A stretch of DNA of 63,903 bases, the filler included. It is 11 parts of 11 records of this genome, joined end to end, with 100 filler letters (N's around TTAATTAATTAA, not from the genome) between each part and the next. Parts side by side here need not be neighbours in the genome. Positions count along the whole stretch, not along the records: positions 45,427 to 49,605 come from SRR15195285_957; positions 49,706 to 53,488 come from SRR15195285_958; positions 53,589 to 58,425 come from SRR15195285_963; 8 more parts are not named here. The stretch is one strand, 5' to 3'. Below the pieces are notes generated by a model, which ran no database searches, was not told the origin of the DNA, and worked only from the letters and a program-made list of their open reading frames with translations. Both the position numbers and the translations under genes were made by a program. Positions 45,428 to 57,900 of this stretch are shown here, piece after piece; within the stretch, counting starts at the first letter, position 1, and every line of letters starts with the position of its first letter.

Positions 45428-48400
45428 ACGACAAATTTCACCTCGCTAGACAGTATCGTAGTCGGGAAGCCTGTCACGGAGACAAACGGCGTCCCGGGAT
45501 TGGTGGTACGACAGAATGGCGACGGTCAAACTGGCGTCACCACGACCCAATGCGATGGCAAGAGGATCCGTGTTGCTTGGGAAGCCGGGGGCGACGATGC
45601 GTACCGATGTGGCCCGACGGGTGCCACGTACGACCTGCAAATCGCTAGTAGTGATCACATGCGTCTGATCCGGGTTCCTGAGGTGTCTAGCAGCCAACAG
45701 GACTCTCCGAACAGCTGCGCTTCTCACGCCGATTGCGACACTGGGTACTACTGCGATAGCACGCAGACATGTTACGGTTGCGGGTATCTTCAGGGCAAGG
45801 AGTGCGACGCTTTCGACGACGGCTGCTCTGTTGTGACAAGTGCACAGTGCGACGTGGATGGCTGCGTTGCAGGAAACTGTACACGGTTAACGTGTGCTGA
45901 AGCCGCCGCGCGCAACGACACGATGGACTGCGTGGACCCTTTAGATGATTGTGACAAAGACGCTTTGGGACAGGCGATAATCTGGGCAGTATTGTTGAGG
46001 GTGGTGGGGTTGGGAGTGCCCATTGTGGTCTTCGTGGACCCTTGGGACGGCTCCACTACACGTCTAGAAGTGGAGGTGAACAAGGAGAAGGAGGCAAACG
46101 GAGAGGATGTGTCAGATGTGTCTGAGTCAGAGGGTAGAAATCCACGATATGCGAAGTGTTTCCGGCGCGTGTGCGTTGGCTGTCCCCGGCTGAGTCCAGA
46201 CCGCAAGCCGGGTGCAAGGCAGCCAGGCAACCTCGGCTTCCTTCAGTGCCTCCGTGCCTGCCACGGTCGGCCTGAAGCTGTCTTTGACATAGCGATGCTA
46301 GTATGTGATGAGGACCAGGCGCGGGTTGCTTTATCGCAAGGGCTGGACGTACACACAGACGTCCTAGGGGCGCCGAAAATGGGAAAGCACATGAACAGAG
46401 CTCTGGCCATGATGTGGGTGCTGGTTTCGTTGGGCCTTGGGCTATTTCTGTTGATCGCTGGTATTGGAGTTGCTGTCCTTTTCATGCAGCTGCTGGCAGA
46501 GAATTGTGAAAAGTGCAGCAATCGTAGGAACAAGACTGAAAAGGGAGATGAAACCAAGCTTGATGACTCAGCATACGAGTTTAACGGGCAGCTAGGCACG
46601 GCGCGACCTGCAAATTTCGTTTTGCCTCCCAACACAGCGTCACCGCTCGTCCTTGCGGTGCTCGGAAGCCGTGAGCTGTTCGAAGCTGTTCTGGATATAG
46701 GAGGAGGTGCATTCAAGAGCGTGGAGCAGCAGCAAGCTGCACTACGGCTGGCGCTGCTGACGGATCGCCGAGAAACAGCGCGCCTAATCGTTGCGTCAGG
46801 TCAGCCTGGCATCGAAGCTGTAGATGCGCAGGGCCGCACAGTCCTACAGTACCTCGCGTCACAGCTTGTGAATGATGAGCCAGATGCAATGCTATCGTTT
46901 TGCAGAGGCCAAGGCATCAATCGAGCTGATTTTGCGCACCGCACCCGCACGGACGGGGCATGGGGTCGTCGCGTACAGCGCGCAATGCAGCTTGCGCTCG
47001 ATCTCGGCGCGGATCCTCGCGGCATGGACCCCGATGGCAAAACCCCACTTTACTGTGCGGTGCAGAACGCTTCATCCTGTGGAGAAGCCAGCCTGGATCT
47101 CTCTGTTTGCAGTGCGCTGCTCGAGCATGGAGCAGACCTTCATGCCGAAGTGAATGGGGACGCAGGATCGCACACTACTCCTGCGGCTATCGCCAGCAAC
47201 AGTGAAATCGCCACGCTGCGCGAGTGGTCACGGACGACAGGAAGCTACGCCGGCCGCTTTCGACTTCTAGACCAGCTCCATCAGTCAGAGACATGCGTTG
47301 TCTTCAAGGGCGTCGACCTCGAGCGTCGGCGTCCCCACGATGCAGTAGCCGTGAAGATCATGAGAAAGGAAACTGAATGGAACCGGGAAGTCTCAGCCAG
47401 GCAAGATTTCCATCTTGATGAGCGCCACGTGGTCGGAGTTCGAGAAGCGATGCGGGTCGATTCAGCGGAAAGGCGGAGAAGGATCCGTAGGCAAGGTACC
47501 CAAGGTTTGGTGGAATATCAAAGCGACGATGTGTGTGAATTTCTGCTCGCAATGCCATTAGGTGAGTGCAGCCTATTCGACGCGATTAGTACCGAGCGCA
47601 AGGTTGGCAGGAACGTGGAGTGGGTGAGGCTGGCCGCAACACACATGGGACAGTGTCTACAGCACTTGCACCAGCAGGGGGTGGTCCACAGCGACGTAAA
47701 GCCCCGTAACTTCTGCCGCTTCAAAGACGACAACGGCAGCCGCTTGTGTCTTATCGACATGGATGCTGCGTCACGAATTGGCGGAAGAATGCCAGAGTGG
47801 GGTGCTGGTCTCAAGGCATCGACCGCGTATGCTCCGCCGGAGCTCGTGACACACATTCTTTTGGGCACCACTGAGCCGCCAATCTCAGCGACGTCGATCG
47901 ACAGCTGGAGCTTCGGTTGCGTACTCTACGAGCTTGCTGCTGGTCTGCCTCTGTTCAACGCCGATCGTTCTGACGACAACCTCAACGATGCGACCAGCAA
48001 GATTGAGCTGTTGAATTGGCGGACTATCGACAATACGCGGCTTGCGAGAGTCTTTGCCGAGTGTCCTGCATGTACGGACGCGCAGCGCTCAGCCGTACAG
48101 AACCTGATTGCCTGGTGCCTCCAGGCCGATGCATCGCTGCGGCCCTCGATGGAACAGGTGTTGGGCCATCGTTTCATCTCAATCGATGCACCGACTCCTG
48201 CACCGGTGCCTTCGGCAAGTCATTTCTTCCTCTCGCACTTCCAGAAAGAGGCTGCAGACCTCGTGCGGAGTCTTTATCTTATGCTCAAAGAGTGTGGGTG
48301 TTCGTGCTGGTTGGATATGGAGGCTGACAATCTCACGCTCGAAGGCATGCGCAACGGCGTGGAGACGTCGCAATGCTTCATGCTTGTGCTGACGCACGGT

Positions 48401-49509
48401 GTGCTCTTTCGTCCATATTGTATCGAAGAGATCTTTGTGGCAGCCAAACTCGAGAAGGACGTCGTGCTCGTGTGTGAAACTGAGGCGCGCTTCCATGCTT
48501 TCAATTACGACGAGTGGAGCTCTGAGTGCAAGACGAGCAAGCAGTATGCGTGGTGCCTGGCCGAGCTGGCGAAGGTCGAGGGCCGTGGCGAGGCGGCGGC
48601 CGCTCACATGATGGAGACTGTCGCATGCATGATTGACTCGAACAAGGAGCACATGATCCCGTACCGTCGACGGAACTTTGAGTCCAACGCGATGATTGCG
48701 GCGATCCTGGCGAGGAACGGTCTGCACAGCATCTCTAGTCTATCGTCTCCCGACGACCTGTTGCGCGTACAGAGCGTTCCTGTTGGTGGGCTTACACATC
48801 AGGTGTCTCCATATGCGCGTGTACCAAGTGCTCCAGCCTCACTAGCAGCTCAAAGTGTTTATGTAGCGATTGTCCATTCAACTCCGGCCGGTGATGAAGC
48901 AGCAGCGAGCTTGCGCCATTCACTGCGGGGTCGTGGGCTGTCTGTCGGTGGCGTGGACGCGGCCAGGAAGGCGCGGCGACTGCTCATCGTCCTGACTGAT
49001 GGGTCCCTAAAAGACCCGGCGGTACATACTCCGTCAGCTGTTGGTATTTACGCAGTCAGGGACAACGTCGCGCACATTTGGCAAGTTTCTGTCTTTTTGT
49101 CGCTGCAACGATTGCTGTCACTGGAGCAGGTACTCGCGCACTTGCGAAACGCGGTACGCCAGGAGGGCCTCAGTCGCCAGCGTTCGGTCGCCGAGGTACG
49201 GCTTTCAAATTTGCAAACAAATGTGCTAATTCACCGAAGTTATCCCCAGACTGAAATTTTGAAATCATTTCGGAATGGTGTGATGTTCAGAAGGACATTG
49301 ACCTGGAGGTAGTGTCGTGCAATTGGTCGTTCGGTTCTGAAGAGCAAGCACAGGCATGCGACGACCCGGCGATCGCGCGAGTGTTCCAGCACCAGGAATT
49401 CTTGGCGTTCCGTCCAGCAGGTAGTAATCTGAACCACGAACACGAGGCGATGTCGGATGAGATTGTGCGTCGATACGCAGCGCGAGATGCACTGGGTGTA
49501 GGTAGATAG
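45428..49509 (+). CDS. Membrane protein: Mib/Herc2-like and Cys-rich N-terminus, TM segments, ankyrin repeats, protein kinase, TIR domain (5' partial)
   Basis: IRVAWEAG...YRCG..GATYDL; two hydrophobic stretches; GKTPLYCAV..LLEHGAD; kinase motifs VAVKIM, HSDVKPRN, LIDMD, AYAPPE and DSWSFG; TIR FFLSHFQ...WLDM...EGMRNGV...FRPYCIEEI. Introns near 49022-49129 and 49197-49308. Confidence 0.85.
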
Positions 49510-49583
49510 AAAAGATCTTACATCATTCATGTCATCAATCTCGAATCATGGATATTTCATCTGCTGGCCTATCACATGCTCTC

Positions 49584-49605
49584 GCTCTCTCTCTCTCTCT
49601 CTCTC
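49584..49605. repeat. (CT)n microsatellite at the contig end
   Basis: Direct inspection. Confidence 0.9.
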
Positions 49606-49815
49606 NNNNNNNNNNNNNNNNNNNNNNNNNNNNNNNNNNNNNNNNNNNNTTAATTAATTAANNNNNNNNNNNNNNNNNNNNNNNNNNNNNNNNNNNNNNN
49701 NNNNNAAAAAGCAGCGACTCGAGGTGGTCAGAGGTGATCACTGTAATTCTCAGTGCGTTCTGCGGTACCGCAAGCGCTGGCCTCTGTGGCAGTGTTGGGG
49801 CTCCAGGAGAAGGCC

Positions 49816-51903
49816 ATGGACAGCCCGTACGACGAGCCCTGGGGGCTGGGAGGGCCTCTGCACGCTGCTGGAGATGCTGGGAATGGCGGCTCCGCAGGTG
49901 GGGGCGGTGGGGATCCGAGCGCTGGCGAGGCGACGAGCGTTGCGGCGGTGATCCTGGTGGAGATCGTGGTCATCGCTGGGCTGCTGTTCTACCTGGTGAG
50001 TGTGGCCTGTTGCGTGATGTTGTGGAATGGCGTGCTGGGGCGTGGTGCACGAGCGGTGAAACGCACGCGGTGGAGGGCTTGCGGTCACCCACGCTCGCCG
50101 TGCGACCAGCCAGTGCTCCTACTAGCGTGTCGCTCAAACTTCTGATTCTTCACGCGTGGGAGCAGTGGCGGCGCAAGCGGACGACCAGCCAGCCGATGCG
50201 CGAGGACCTGCTGGGCGGGCATGTCCAAGGGCCCGGAGTACAGCGCATCTACCGCGGCGTGATCTTCGTGACCATCGGGATGTTCGCGGGGTACGCAAGC
50301 AAGCAGGCATTCACGCGTGCAGCGATCGCCCGTGTGCCGACCGTGCGCCGCTCACCGTCCTGTGCGCCGCGTGCAGCTATGCATCGCTCAACCTGTTGCA
50401 GCACACCCTCATGGTCCAGATGGAACAAAACATGAAGGACGCTGGTACGACGATGAACGGCCAGGAACAAAAGAGCTTCGAGCTGCAGTTCAAGCACGCC
50501 GCAACCTTCAACCTTATTGGAAACCTGGTCTTCCGGCTGGCTCACAACATCGTCTTCGCGTGCATCGTTCCGCGCTATCGCGTGTATGTCAGCCTGCTCT
50601 GCATGATGACGTCGATGGGCATGATTGGTGTGGGCGTCTACGGCTTCGGAGGCACCAGCATCGGCTGGGTCTATGGTTCCTACGCGCTGGGCGGCATCGG
50701 CATCGGGACCTTCGAGTCCAACCTGCTCGCGTCCATCAGTACTCTGGGCCACGATACCAAACTCTGGGCCATCGCAGGAATGCCCAGTAAGTCCAGCAGT
50801 AGATGATTCACTTTCACTGGCGTGTGTACCAGACTAAGTTGCCCCTGCCCCTGTCGGACTGGTTGCAGTCGGCTTCGTGTCTATCTCCGTGTTTGGGTTC
50901 CTTGCGCGCTCGCAGCCGCCTCTCGGGGCTGGTTTACCTACGGAATACCTGTACTACTTCGTCATCATGGCCACCGGCAACGGGCTGGTGTGGTGGTTTG
51001 CCTACATCCCGCCGGATGCCCATAGTCTCTCCAACACCAGTAACTCCAACAACCTGCGCACTTTCCGCGAGGGTGTCAAGGCGATGGGTGAATGGCTGCC
51101 GCTCATCAAGTGGAACTGCCTCGCGCTCATGGTCAACATGTACGCGGTGTCGTTCTTCACGGCAATCCCTTTCTACGTATACAACGACGCCCACTGCAGC
51201 AAGGCTCAAATAGATGCAGGATCAAAAACCTGCAGCATGGTCTCCGTGAGTCAGCGTCCGTCCCTGCACTACGTTTAGCGGGAAAGTGCTGGTGCGCTCC
51301 CAAACACCACTGAGTCGAAGTGTGCGTGCAGATGATTGAGGGCGATGGATCTACGACGCTGATGAACCACGACCGTTTCTTTGCTATCTTCAATATGCAC
51401 ACGTTCCTCGGTGACACCATCTCCCGGATGGTTGCATACTACTTCGAACCGCGAAACCCGATGCTCTACCTCGTGTTTACGATCCTGGGATCTGTCCTGG
51501 CTTCACTTAAGATGCCGATTTTGATGTGGCCAGGCCTGTTCGCAATATTTTTCGCGAACGGTGCCATCTACGCCACCACTACAAGGTTCATCGACCAGCA
51601 AGTGCACAAAGACTTCAACCTCATCTCGCTGAGTTTTTGGTTGTTCATCGGAGACGTTGGCTCGGTGGTAGGTGCAAACACATGGTGCGTGCGATGCATG
51701 CGCTCCAGCTGCGATGTTGTGTGTCAGTGCCCCCATGTTCTGCTTGTAGTGCTGATGTGCTCTTCATCGCCTGTCGTGCACAATGGGCCTTGACCGGGTG
51801 GTTGGTGGTGGATAGGATGTACTTCGAAAACACATCATTGTACTGCGATGGGGGGCCCGGGGTACATAATTGGCCGCATATGTGCCTCGATTTGCATTCC
51901 TAG
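49816..51903 (+). CDS. Multi-pass MFS-like membrane protein, possibly CLN3/battenin-like, multi-exon
   Basis: About 11-12 hydrophobic segments across the exons, including GGIGIGTFESNLL, FFANGAIY and WLFIGDVGSVVG. Example intron: 50291-50376. Confidence 0.6.
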
Positions 51904-52175
51904 ATGTGGCTTCGATAGCGCTGGTACGGTATCAACACACCCACGGATACGTGCGCACCAGCGACACTCTTGAGCGCATTGGAGCCAATGCTGCATCTAG
52001 CCCGGTGGGGAATATACAGGCAGGGGAACAAGTGCCAGGACAGCTGTGCAGGTGTACCTGAAGGTAGTACTGGTGTCCATAAAATAATGCCTAGTCGTGC
52101 ATCAGAAATAATCCGTTTTGTTATTCAGCACTGGTCCGTCTGCTGACTGGCCGTTCTGGATCGGTCTTCGCTGCC

Positions 52176-53255
52176 TCATGGCTGTAATCCAGCATCCCAC
52201 TCTGCAAGTACGTCCACGATCGCTGCAAGCGTGGCCACAGTGGCATCCGGCGGCTCTCGCACGCCTTGGCTATTGGCTTCGCGGTCTGCAGTGAGGGCTT
52301 TAGCACGCCGGGAGTCAGGCAGAAAATGGATTGTCCTGAAACCCACCCGCTGTGCTCCAAGCACATCTGATGTCAAGTCATCGCCGACATGGACACACTC
52401 GTCGGGTTCGATGAAACTTCCATCTCCCACCTCCGCCGCTCGCGCTAGCGCCAAATGAAACACTGCTGGATTAGGTTTTGCAGCCCCGGCTTGGTGAGCA
52501 TCCACAGCGAAAGAAATAACGTCGCACAGTCCCCTAATTTTCGTGGCATCTGCGTTTCCATTAGTGATCGTACCGATGATCAGCCCTTTCTCCTTAAGCG
52601 AAGACAGCATCTCCAGCGCATCGTCGTAGAGCGTCACATCATTTCTCGCGACAGCAAATGCACCGTAAATATCGTCAACGGCGCTAGCTTCATCATAGCC
52701 GGCCGCCGCAGCCTGGAGACGAATCGCCTCTCGGTGCGAAGCAGCGAACGAGTGGGCGAGGTCGGGCCTTGCGTTTCTCACGTCCGTGTTGTGCTTCCGT
52801 GTCGCTGTGAGGTCCCATTTCTTAGTGATGCGCGGATAGTGTCTTTCCATATATTCTTGCTTCACCTGATGCGCCCGCGTGAGTACTGACCACGTGTCCC
52901 ACAATGTGTCGTCGAGGTCGAATGTCACTAAGCGGACCTTTCGCTTGAACCCATCCGTGTTGATCTCGAACGCTGCCGACGCAGCCGAAGGCGCCGCTCC
53001 AGTGCCGCTGCTGCCCGGCGGGGCGGTTGCAAAATGGGAGGCCAGCCGGGCCAAGCGCTCGTTGCACTCTGCGAGCAACTCCTGCCCACGTGAGCTCGAG
53101 GAAGGCCGATCGGTGACCTCAGCTGTACTCATGTTCGGGGCTTGACAGCTCGCTGCTGACCAGGCGCCGGCAGTCACAGTGCAGCCCACAGCGCTGGTGC
53201 CCACGCTCGCGAGCGCAACGGCACGGCGAAATTGTGCTATCCCGCGTAGTGGCAT
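52176..53255 (-). CDS. HAD-superfamily (IA) hydrolase with a possible N-terminal targeting extension
   Basis: FDLDDTLW, ITNGN, KPNPAVF, HVGDDLTSDVLGA. Confidence 0.9.
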   Translation of the reverse strand: MPLRGIAQFRRAVALASVGTSAVGCTVTAGAWSAASCQAPNMSTAEVTDRPSSSSRGQELLAECNERLARLASHFATAPPGSSGTGAAPSAASAAFEINTDGFKRKVRLVTFDLDDTLWDTWSVLTRAHQVKQEYMERHYPRITKKWDLTATRKHNTDVRNARPDLAHSFAASHREAIRLQAAAAGYDEASAVDDIYGAFAVARNDVTLYDDALEMLSSLKEKGLIIGTITNGNADATKIRGLCDVISFAVDAHQAGAAKPNPAVFHLALARAAEVGDGSFIEPDECVHVGDDLTSDVLGAQRVGFRTIHFLPDSRRAKALTADREANSQGVREPPDATVATLAAIVDVLAEWDAGLQP

Positions 53256-53589
53256 CCTTGGCCCTGCGTGAGACGCCGCGTTCAGTGCTGGCACAGTGAC
53301 CGAGCAGCGGGGACGCCGGCCGCCCCTTGCTCGCGTCGAACGATGGCTCCGTGGACGCCGCCGAGGCCGGGACGCGGGTTCGTCGGTGTGTGGCGCTGCT
53401 ACGCTGGACGCCCCGCGGTCTCGGTGTGGCGTAGATCGCGGTTACCGTCGTCGATACCCGCGAGCCCGAGGTGCGTGGTGCATGTACGNNNNNNNNNNNN
53501 NNNNNNNNNNNNNNNNNNNNNNNNNNNNNNNNTTAATTAATTAANNNNNNNNNNNNNNNNNNNNNNNNNNNNNNNNNNNNNNNNNNNNG

Positions 53590-54801
53590 AGGAGGCATAC
53601 TGTCGGCTTTGGGTGCACCACCTGCGCCCACGCTGTTCATGCTGCTGCGTCGGACGGCAGAACCAGTGCTAAGTTGGCGCTGGGCGCGCTTGACCAGAAA
53701 CGAAGACGACAGCCCGAGGACACAAGTGCCGTGCGTGGTGGCAGTGGCGACGCCAACCTGCAAAGAGACCGCAGCAAGCGACAAAAAGGTGCGGGTGGTG
53801 CCCCTGGCGGCACCCAAGCTGACACCCGGGGGATCAAGCCAGCTGCACAATTGCGCCCTGGCGACGGCGTTGACACTGCCGCTGCTGGGTCCATCGTCTA
53901 TACGCCGATCGGATACATGCAAAGTTGCTTCAAGGAGCGAAACGGAACACCGCGCCAAGGCTTGCTTGCCCCGCATAGCAGAGCCTCTTTGCGAATCCGG
54001 GCAGACTGTCACCCTGACCAAAGTCTTGTCGGCCTTGACGAGTACTCACACGTATGGCTGTTGTTCGACTTCCATGCAAACACCAACTCGCGTAAGCACG
54101 CCAAAATCCACCCGCCGATGCTCGACGGCAAAGCATCTGGTGTGTTCGCAACACGCACCCCTCATCGACCAAATCCGATCGGGTTAACACTGGTTGCCGT
54201 CGACTCTGTGGATGTGAGCGGCGGTGTGGTGCACTTTCGAGGAATCGACGTGATAGATGGCACACCTATTCTTGACATCAAGCCATTCGTTCCGTACGAG
54301 GCACTGGATTGCGGCATTCCTCAACCACTTGGAGAGGACTCCACCGCAACCAGTCGTCCAAACGACGCAGCATCAGCTAATTCTGCAACATCAGTACCGG
54401 CACCAGCAACGGTGCTGCGTTACCCTGCATGGCTGACGGCGGAAGGCCGAAAGGTGACGCCCCTGCGGGCAGTGGAGATCAAGGACAGCGCGGCAATGCG
54501 CCTCCGTCAGTTCGTCGGCAAAGCGGACGGTACAAACGAGGCAGACAACCCCGACGGACCAGTGACGCAGCTGTACAAGTCGTACGATGAAATTTGGTCC
54601 GCAATCAAGGAGGTGATTCAGCTTGATATTCGACGCGTTCACCACAGGCACAAGTTTGCCTCGACGAGTGAGGCAAGCAGTGGTGGTAGCGAGGGTGGCG
54701 TGTACGGCTTTTGCATCGACGTGTTGAATGTTGTGTTCAAAATGACCGCGCTCGACTGTGCGATGGTAGTGGAAGTTGAAGATTGGTCGGGGCGATATTG
54801 A
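53590..54801 (+). CDS. TRMO: tRNA (m6t6A37) methyltransferase TrmO/TsaA (5' partial)
   Basis: PIGYMQSCF..RNGTPRQG, GLDEYSHVWLLF.FH, GVFATRTPHRPNPIGLT, DGTPILDIKPF. Confidence 0.93.
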   Translation, partial: RRHTVGFGCTTCAHAVHAAASDGRTSAKLALGALDQKRRRQPEDTSAVRGGSGDANLQRDRSKRQKGAGGAPGGTQADTRGIKPAAQLRPGDGVDTAAAGSIVYTPIGYMQSCFKERNGTPRQGLLAPHSRASLRIRADCHPDQSLVGLDEYSHVWLLFDFHANTNSRKHAKIHPPMLDGKASGVFATRTPHRPNPIGLTLVAVDSVDVSGGVVHFRGIDVIDGTPILDIKPFVPYEALDCGIPQPLGEDSTATSRPNDAASANSATSVPAPATVLRYPAWLTAEGRKVTPLRAVEIKDSAAMRLRQFVGKADGTNEADNPDGPVTQLYKSYDEIWSAIKEVIQLDIRRVHHRHKFASTSEASSGGSEGGVYGFCIDVLNVVFKMTALDCAMVVEVEDWSGRY

Positions 54802-54900
54802 AACGGATCAAGTCGGCTCGCTACTAGCACATTCGGAGATTGACTGGCGCTCACAGTACGCATTGAACACGACGAATTCCGAAATTGCACGCGAATCATT

Positions 54901-57900
54901 TTATTCAATAGGAGTGGCTGTACCGTTCGTGCTGTAGAACCCTGCATGCTGAAGACCAATGAATCCAGTAAGCCCGCCCCAGCTGTAGAGTGGACATGCA
55001 GAGCCGGTCCACGCGTAACCTTCCCCATCATCCGCTCCGTAGTTTTCAAAGACGTATCTACAACCGAGGCAACACACTAGTAGCATGAGTTGAGTTTCGA
55101 TTTTCGAAAAAGCCTTTGGCCATCTGCTACTTGGTCAATGCGAAGCATAGTTCGGAGTGTGTACGAGCCCAGCCCAGCCGCGGAGTCATTGGCCGTGAAG
55201 TGCGGCTCAGGGAGCCAGTTGCGAAGCAAGAGAGCTCGGCTCTGTGCAACCAGTCCCGCCGCTGCCCCTCGCGCCTCCGCACTGCTGTACTGCTCAAGTC
55301 CCCAGTAGGTGATTTGGATCATCGGTGCCCATATGCGACCATGCCAGTAGTCTTGATCAACGTCTACATTGTTGCGCGCCAGCAAGAGCGCATGGCTCGT
55401 CAGCGAGCGCGTGAAACCACACGAAAGACAAATGTTCTGAACAAGACCACTGTGAATTCTGCATGCAGTGGGTGGTACTGTGCTCACAGGCCCGGTCGTC
55501 CTTGGAAATAGATGGCAGCGCGTAGCGCGATGCAACGCCAGGGACAGAGCCAGGAGGCGGCCAGACAAAGCCCAGCGTCTCCTGTTTGACGTAGCCGTTG
55601 GCTTTCGCGTCCGCGATACCTGCGGCGCTAGCGACGAGGTAATGGTCGCCTGGTCTATACCAGAGCTCGAGCGGGATGAGATCCGCTGCCGATGGCCCTG
55701 TCTTTGCTTTAAGGACGTACATGGCTACCTCACCGCCGTTCATTACATCGCACGCGGGAGCATCCCTACCTTTAACCCTATTGGGTTTCCAGCCTTGGAC
55801 GTTCATTGTGAGGTCAGACGCGTTCGGTGTAAGCCCTGTGCAGTTGTAACCTAAGTGCACATCAAATAACAGCGTTTGCAGTCACTGGCTACCACAAAAC
55901 GCTCATCAGGTGGTGCGCAGTGATGCTGAGTTTGCGTGAAAAGGCACAGCGCACGCAATCGCGCATTCAAGCGTTGCAAAGTACCTATCAGTGCGACCAG
56001 AGTAGACGCATTTAGAGGTTGGCTTTGGTCAGCCGGAATGGATGGTAGTCCTAGGCCTTCAAATCGTATTTTTGCGTGTAGCCGCTGGATGTACGATCCG
56101 GGTACCCGGTTTGATTGTGCATTGCAGTCCAGCCTGCAGCAGAGCTGATGTGGAGAGCCTGGGCACCCATAGTGCGGACCGCCACACTCCTCGCTGTACC
56201 ACTGCACCAAGGCACGGACCTCCCGTGGCGGCATAGGGTGCTCTTGCGGTGCAACCCCACTCGGCCACACACCAAACCTCGACCTGTTTGTTAGATGCAT
56301 ACGTACGGTCTTAGCCACCTGCTGTTCGGTCGGACCTTTTTCCGGCCCGACGAGCAGTGGGTAAAAATTTGTGGGCGCCATCTGGTCGACAGGCCGCATG
56401 CCTGGCTCACTGTGAACATTCTGGAAATAGCCAGCCTCTTCGTTCCACAGCTTCGGCAGCTGTGCATTCACCTCGTCAAAGCGCGATTGTAGCACGGGTA
56501 TTGCCGTTATGCGCCCGATGATTTTGGCTAGCTCGATCTGCGCGAGGCAGTCCATGAGGTACAGGCCGTTGTATCCGGCATCGTATCCATCCTGTACCAT
56601 CAGGCCAGTTTCGTTAAATCTGAAAGACCCGCCTAGGACAGAGTTATCCAGCCCAGACTCTAGATCGCCTCCGCCTCGGCCACTTCCTCGCAACGAGTTT
56701 GGCGAGCCATCTGGCGCGTATGGGTACGAATTGGACCCCCACGACATTAAACCTAAGGGGACCTCTCGTCGGTTCTGTGAGGGCAGCAGCGCAGTAGGAT
56801 CAGGCCTACGAAATGAGCTGTGGCAGTGGGTAGAGGCAGTGCTCACCTCGAACATCCTGAAGGTAAGTATTCCATTCAAGCAGATTCATATACAAGCAGA
56901 TTCATATACAAGCAGATTAGAATACAAGATCCTTCAAGCAGATTCATATACAAAATCCTTCAAGCAGATTCCTTACGTACCAGGTATTCCACTCCAGCAA
57001 ATCATCGAAGCACAGCTCCACGACCCACTTGGTCTTCGTCACACCCCAACGCTTTGTGATTTCATGCAGTACTTTGGCTGTCACCGGAGGGTTGCTGCGA
57101 TCGCGGCTCTTCACAGTGCCGGCTGAATAGCTAGGAATGAATCCCGCCGACGTGCGCATCTTGATGATTTGGATCAGGTTGGAGAGCGAAAGTTCCAGAG
57201 CATCCAAGCTGAGCTGATAAGAGGCGAATGTCCCATCCCAGCAAAAGAGTGCCATCGTTGTATCACCGTCCACCGAGGGATCTGAGAAGCTGCTGTACAG
57301 CCCGCCCTTTTGGAACTGAAACATAGGAGCCACGAGTCCTTCACGAGGGTCATACATGAAAGACCACATGAGCGCGGTCTGAATCGCATCTTTAACGTCC
57401 CCCCATTCGCTGCCATATGGGACCAGGGTTGCTCGCTGCCTAGCTCGGTAGGTTGACGTTTTTGCCGCGACAGACGCCGCAGTCTCGTGACGGTCAGTCG
57501 CTAGAGTGACCTGCTTGGCGCCAAGCGACGCAGCCAGATAGACAGCGTTTGACGGGATTGCACTTAGGTTTGATGGCTTCGCAACAGCGCCATGCAGCAA
57601 CCAGAGCGTGCGCGACCGCAACCCCGCACCGACACCCGACAGGCTCGTGCCGTCAGCAGCAGCAAACAGCTCTCCTGACCGGCCATGCGTAAAGTTCGCG
57701 GAAACAACGAGCAGGTAGTCGGAGCACTCAACCGCCGGTGCGTTGTTTACAGTCGCCTGTAGCGTTAGCTGCGAGTTGTCAACAGAGTCCGTCGTTGCTG
57801 CGAGGGTGATATTCAGGCCGCCGCCAGCAAACCACTTCAACGTCAACTCAGCATAGCTTTGGTTGTACGAGTGCGGGCCAACACTTATCGCAAACTCCGC

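Noticed and set aside
56875-56970. Repeat array resembling CRISPR
   Set aside because: The units are short and tandem, lack unique spacers, sit inside an intron, and have no cas genes nearby.
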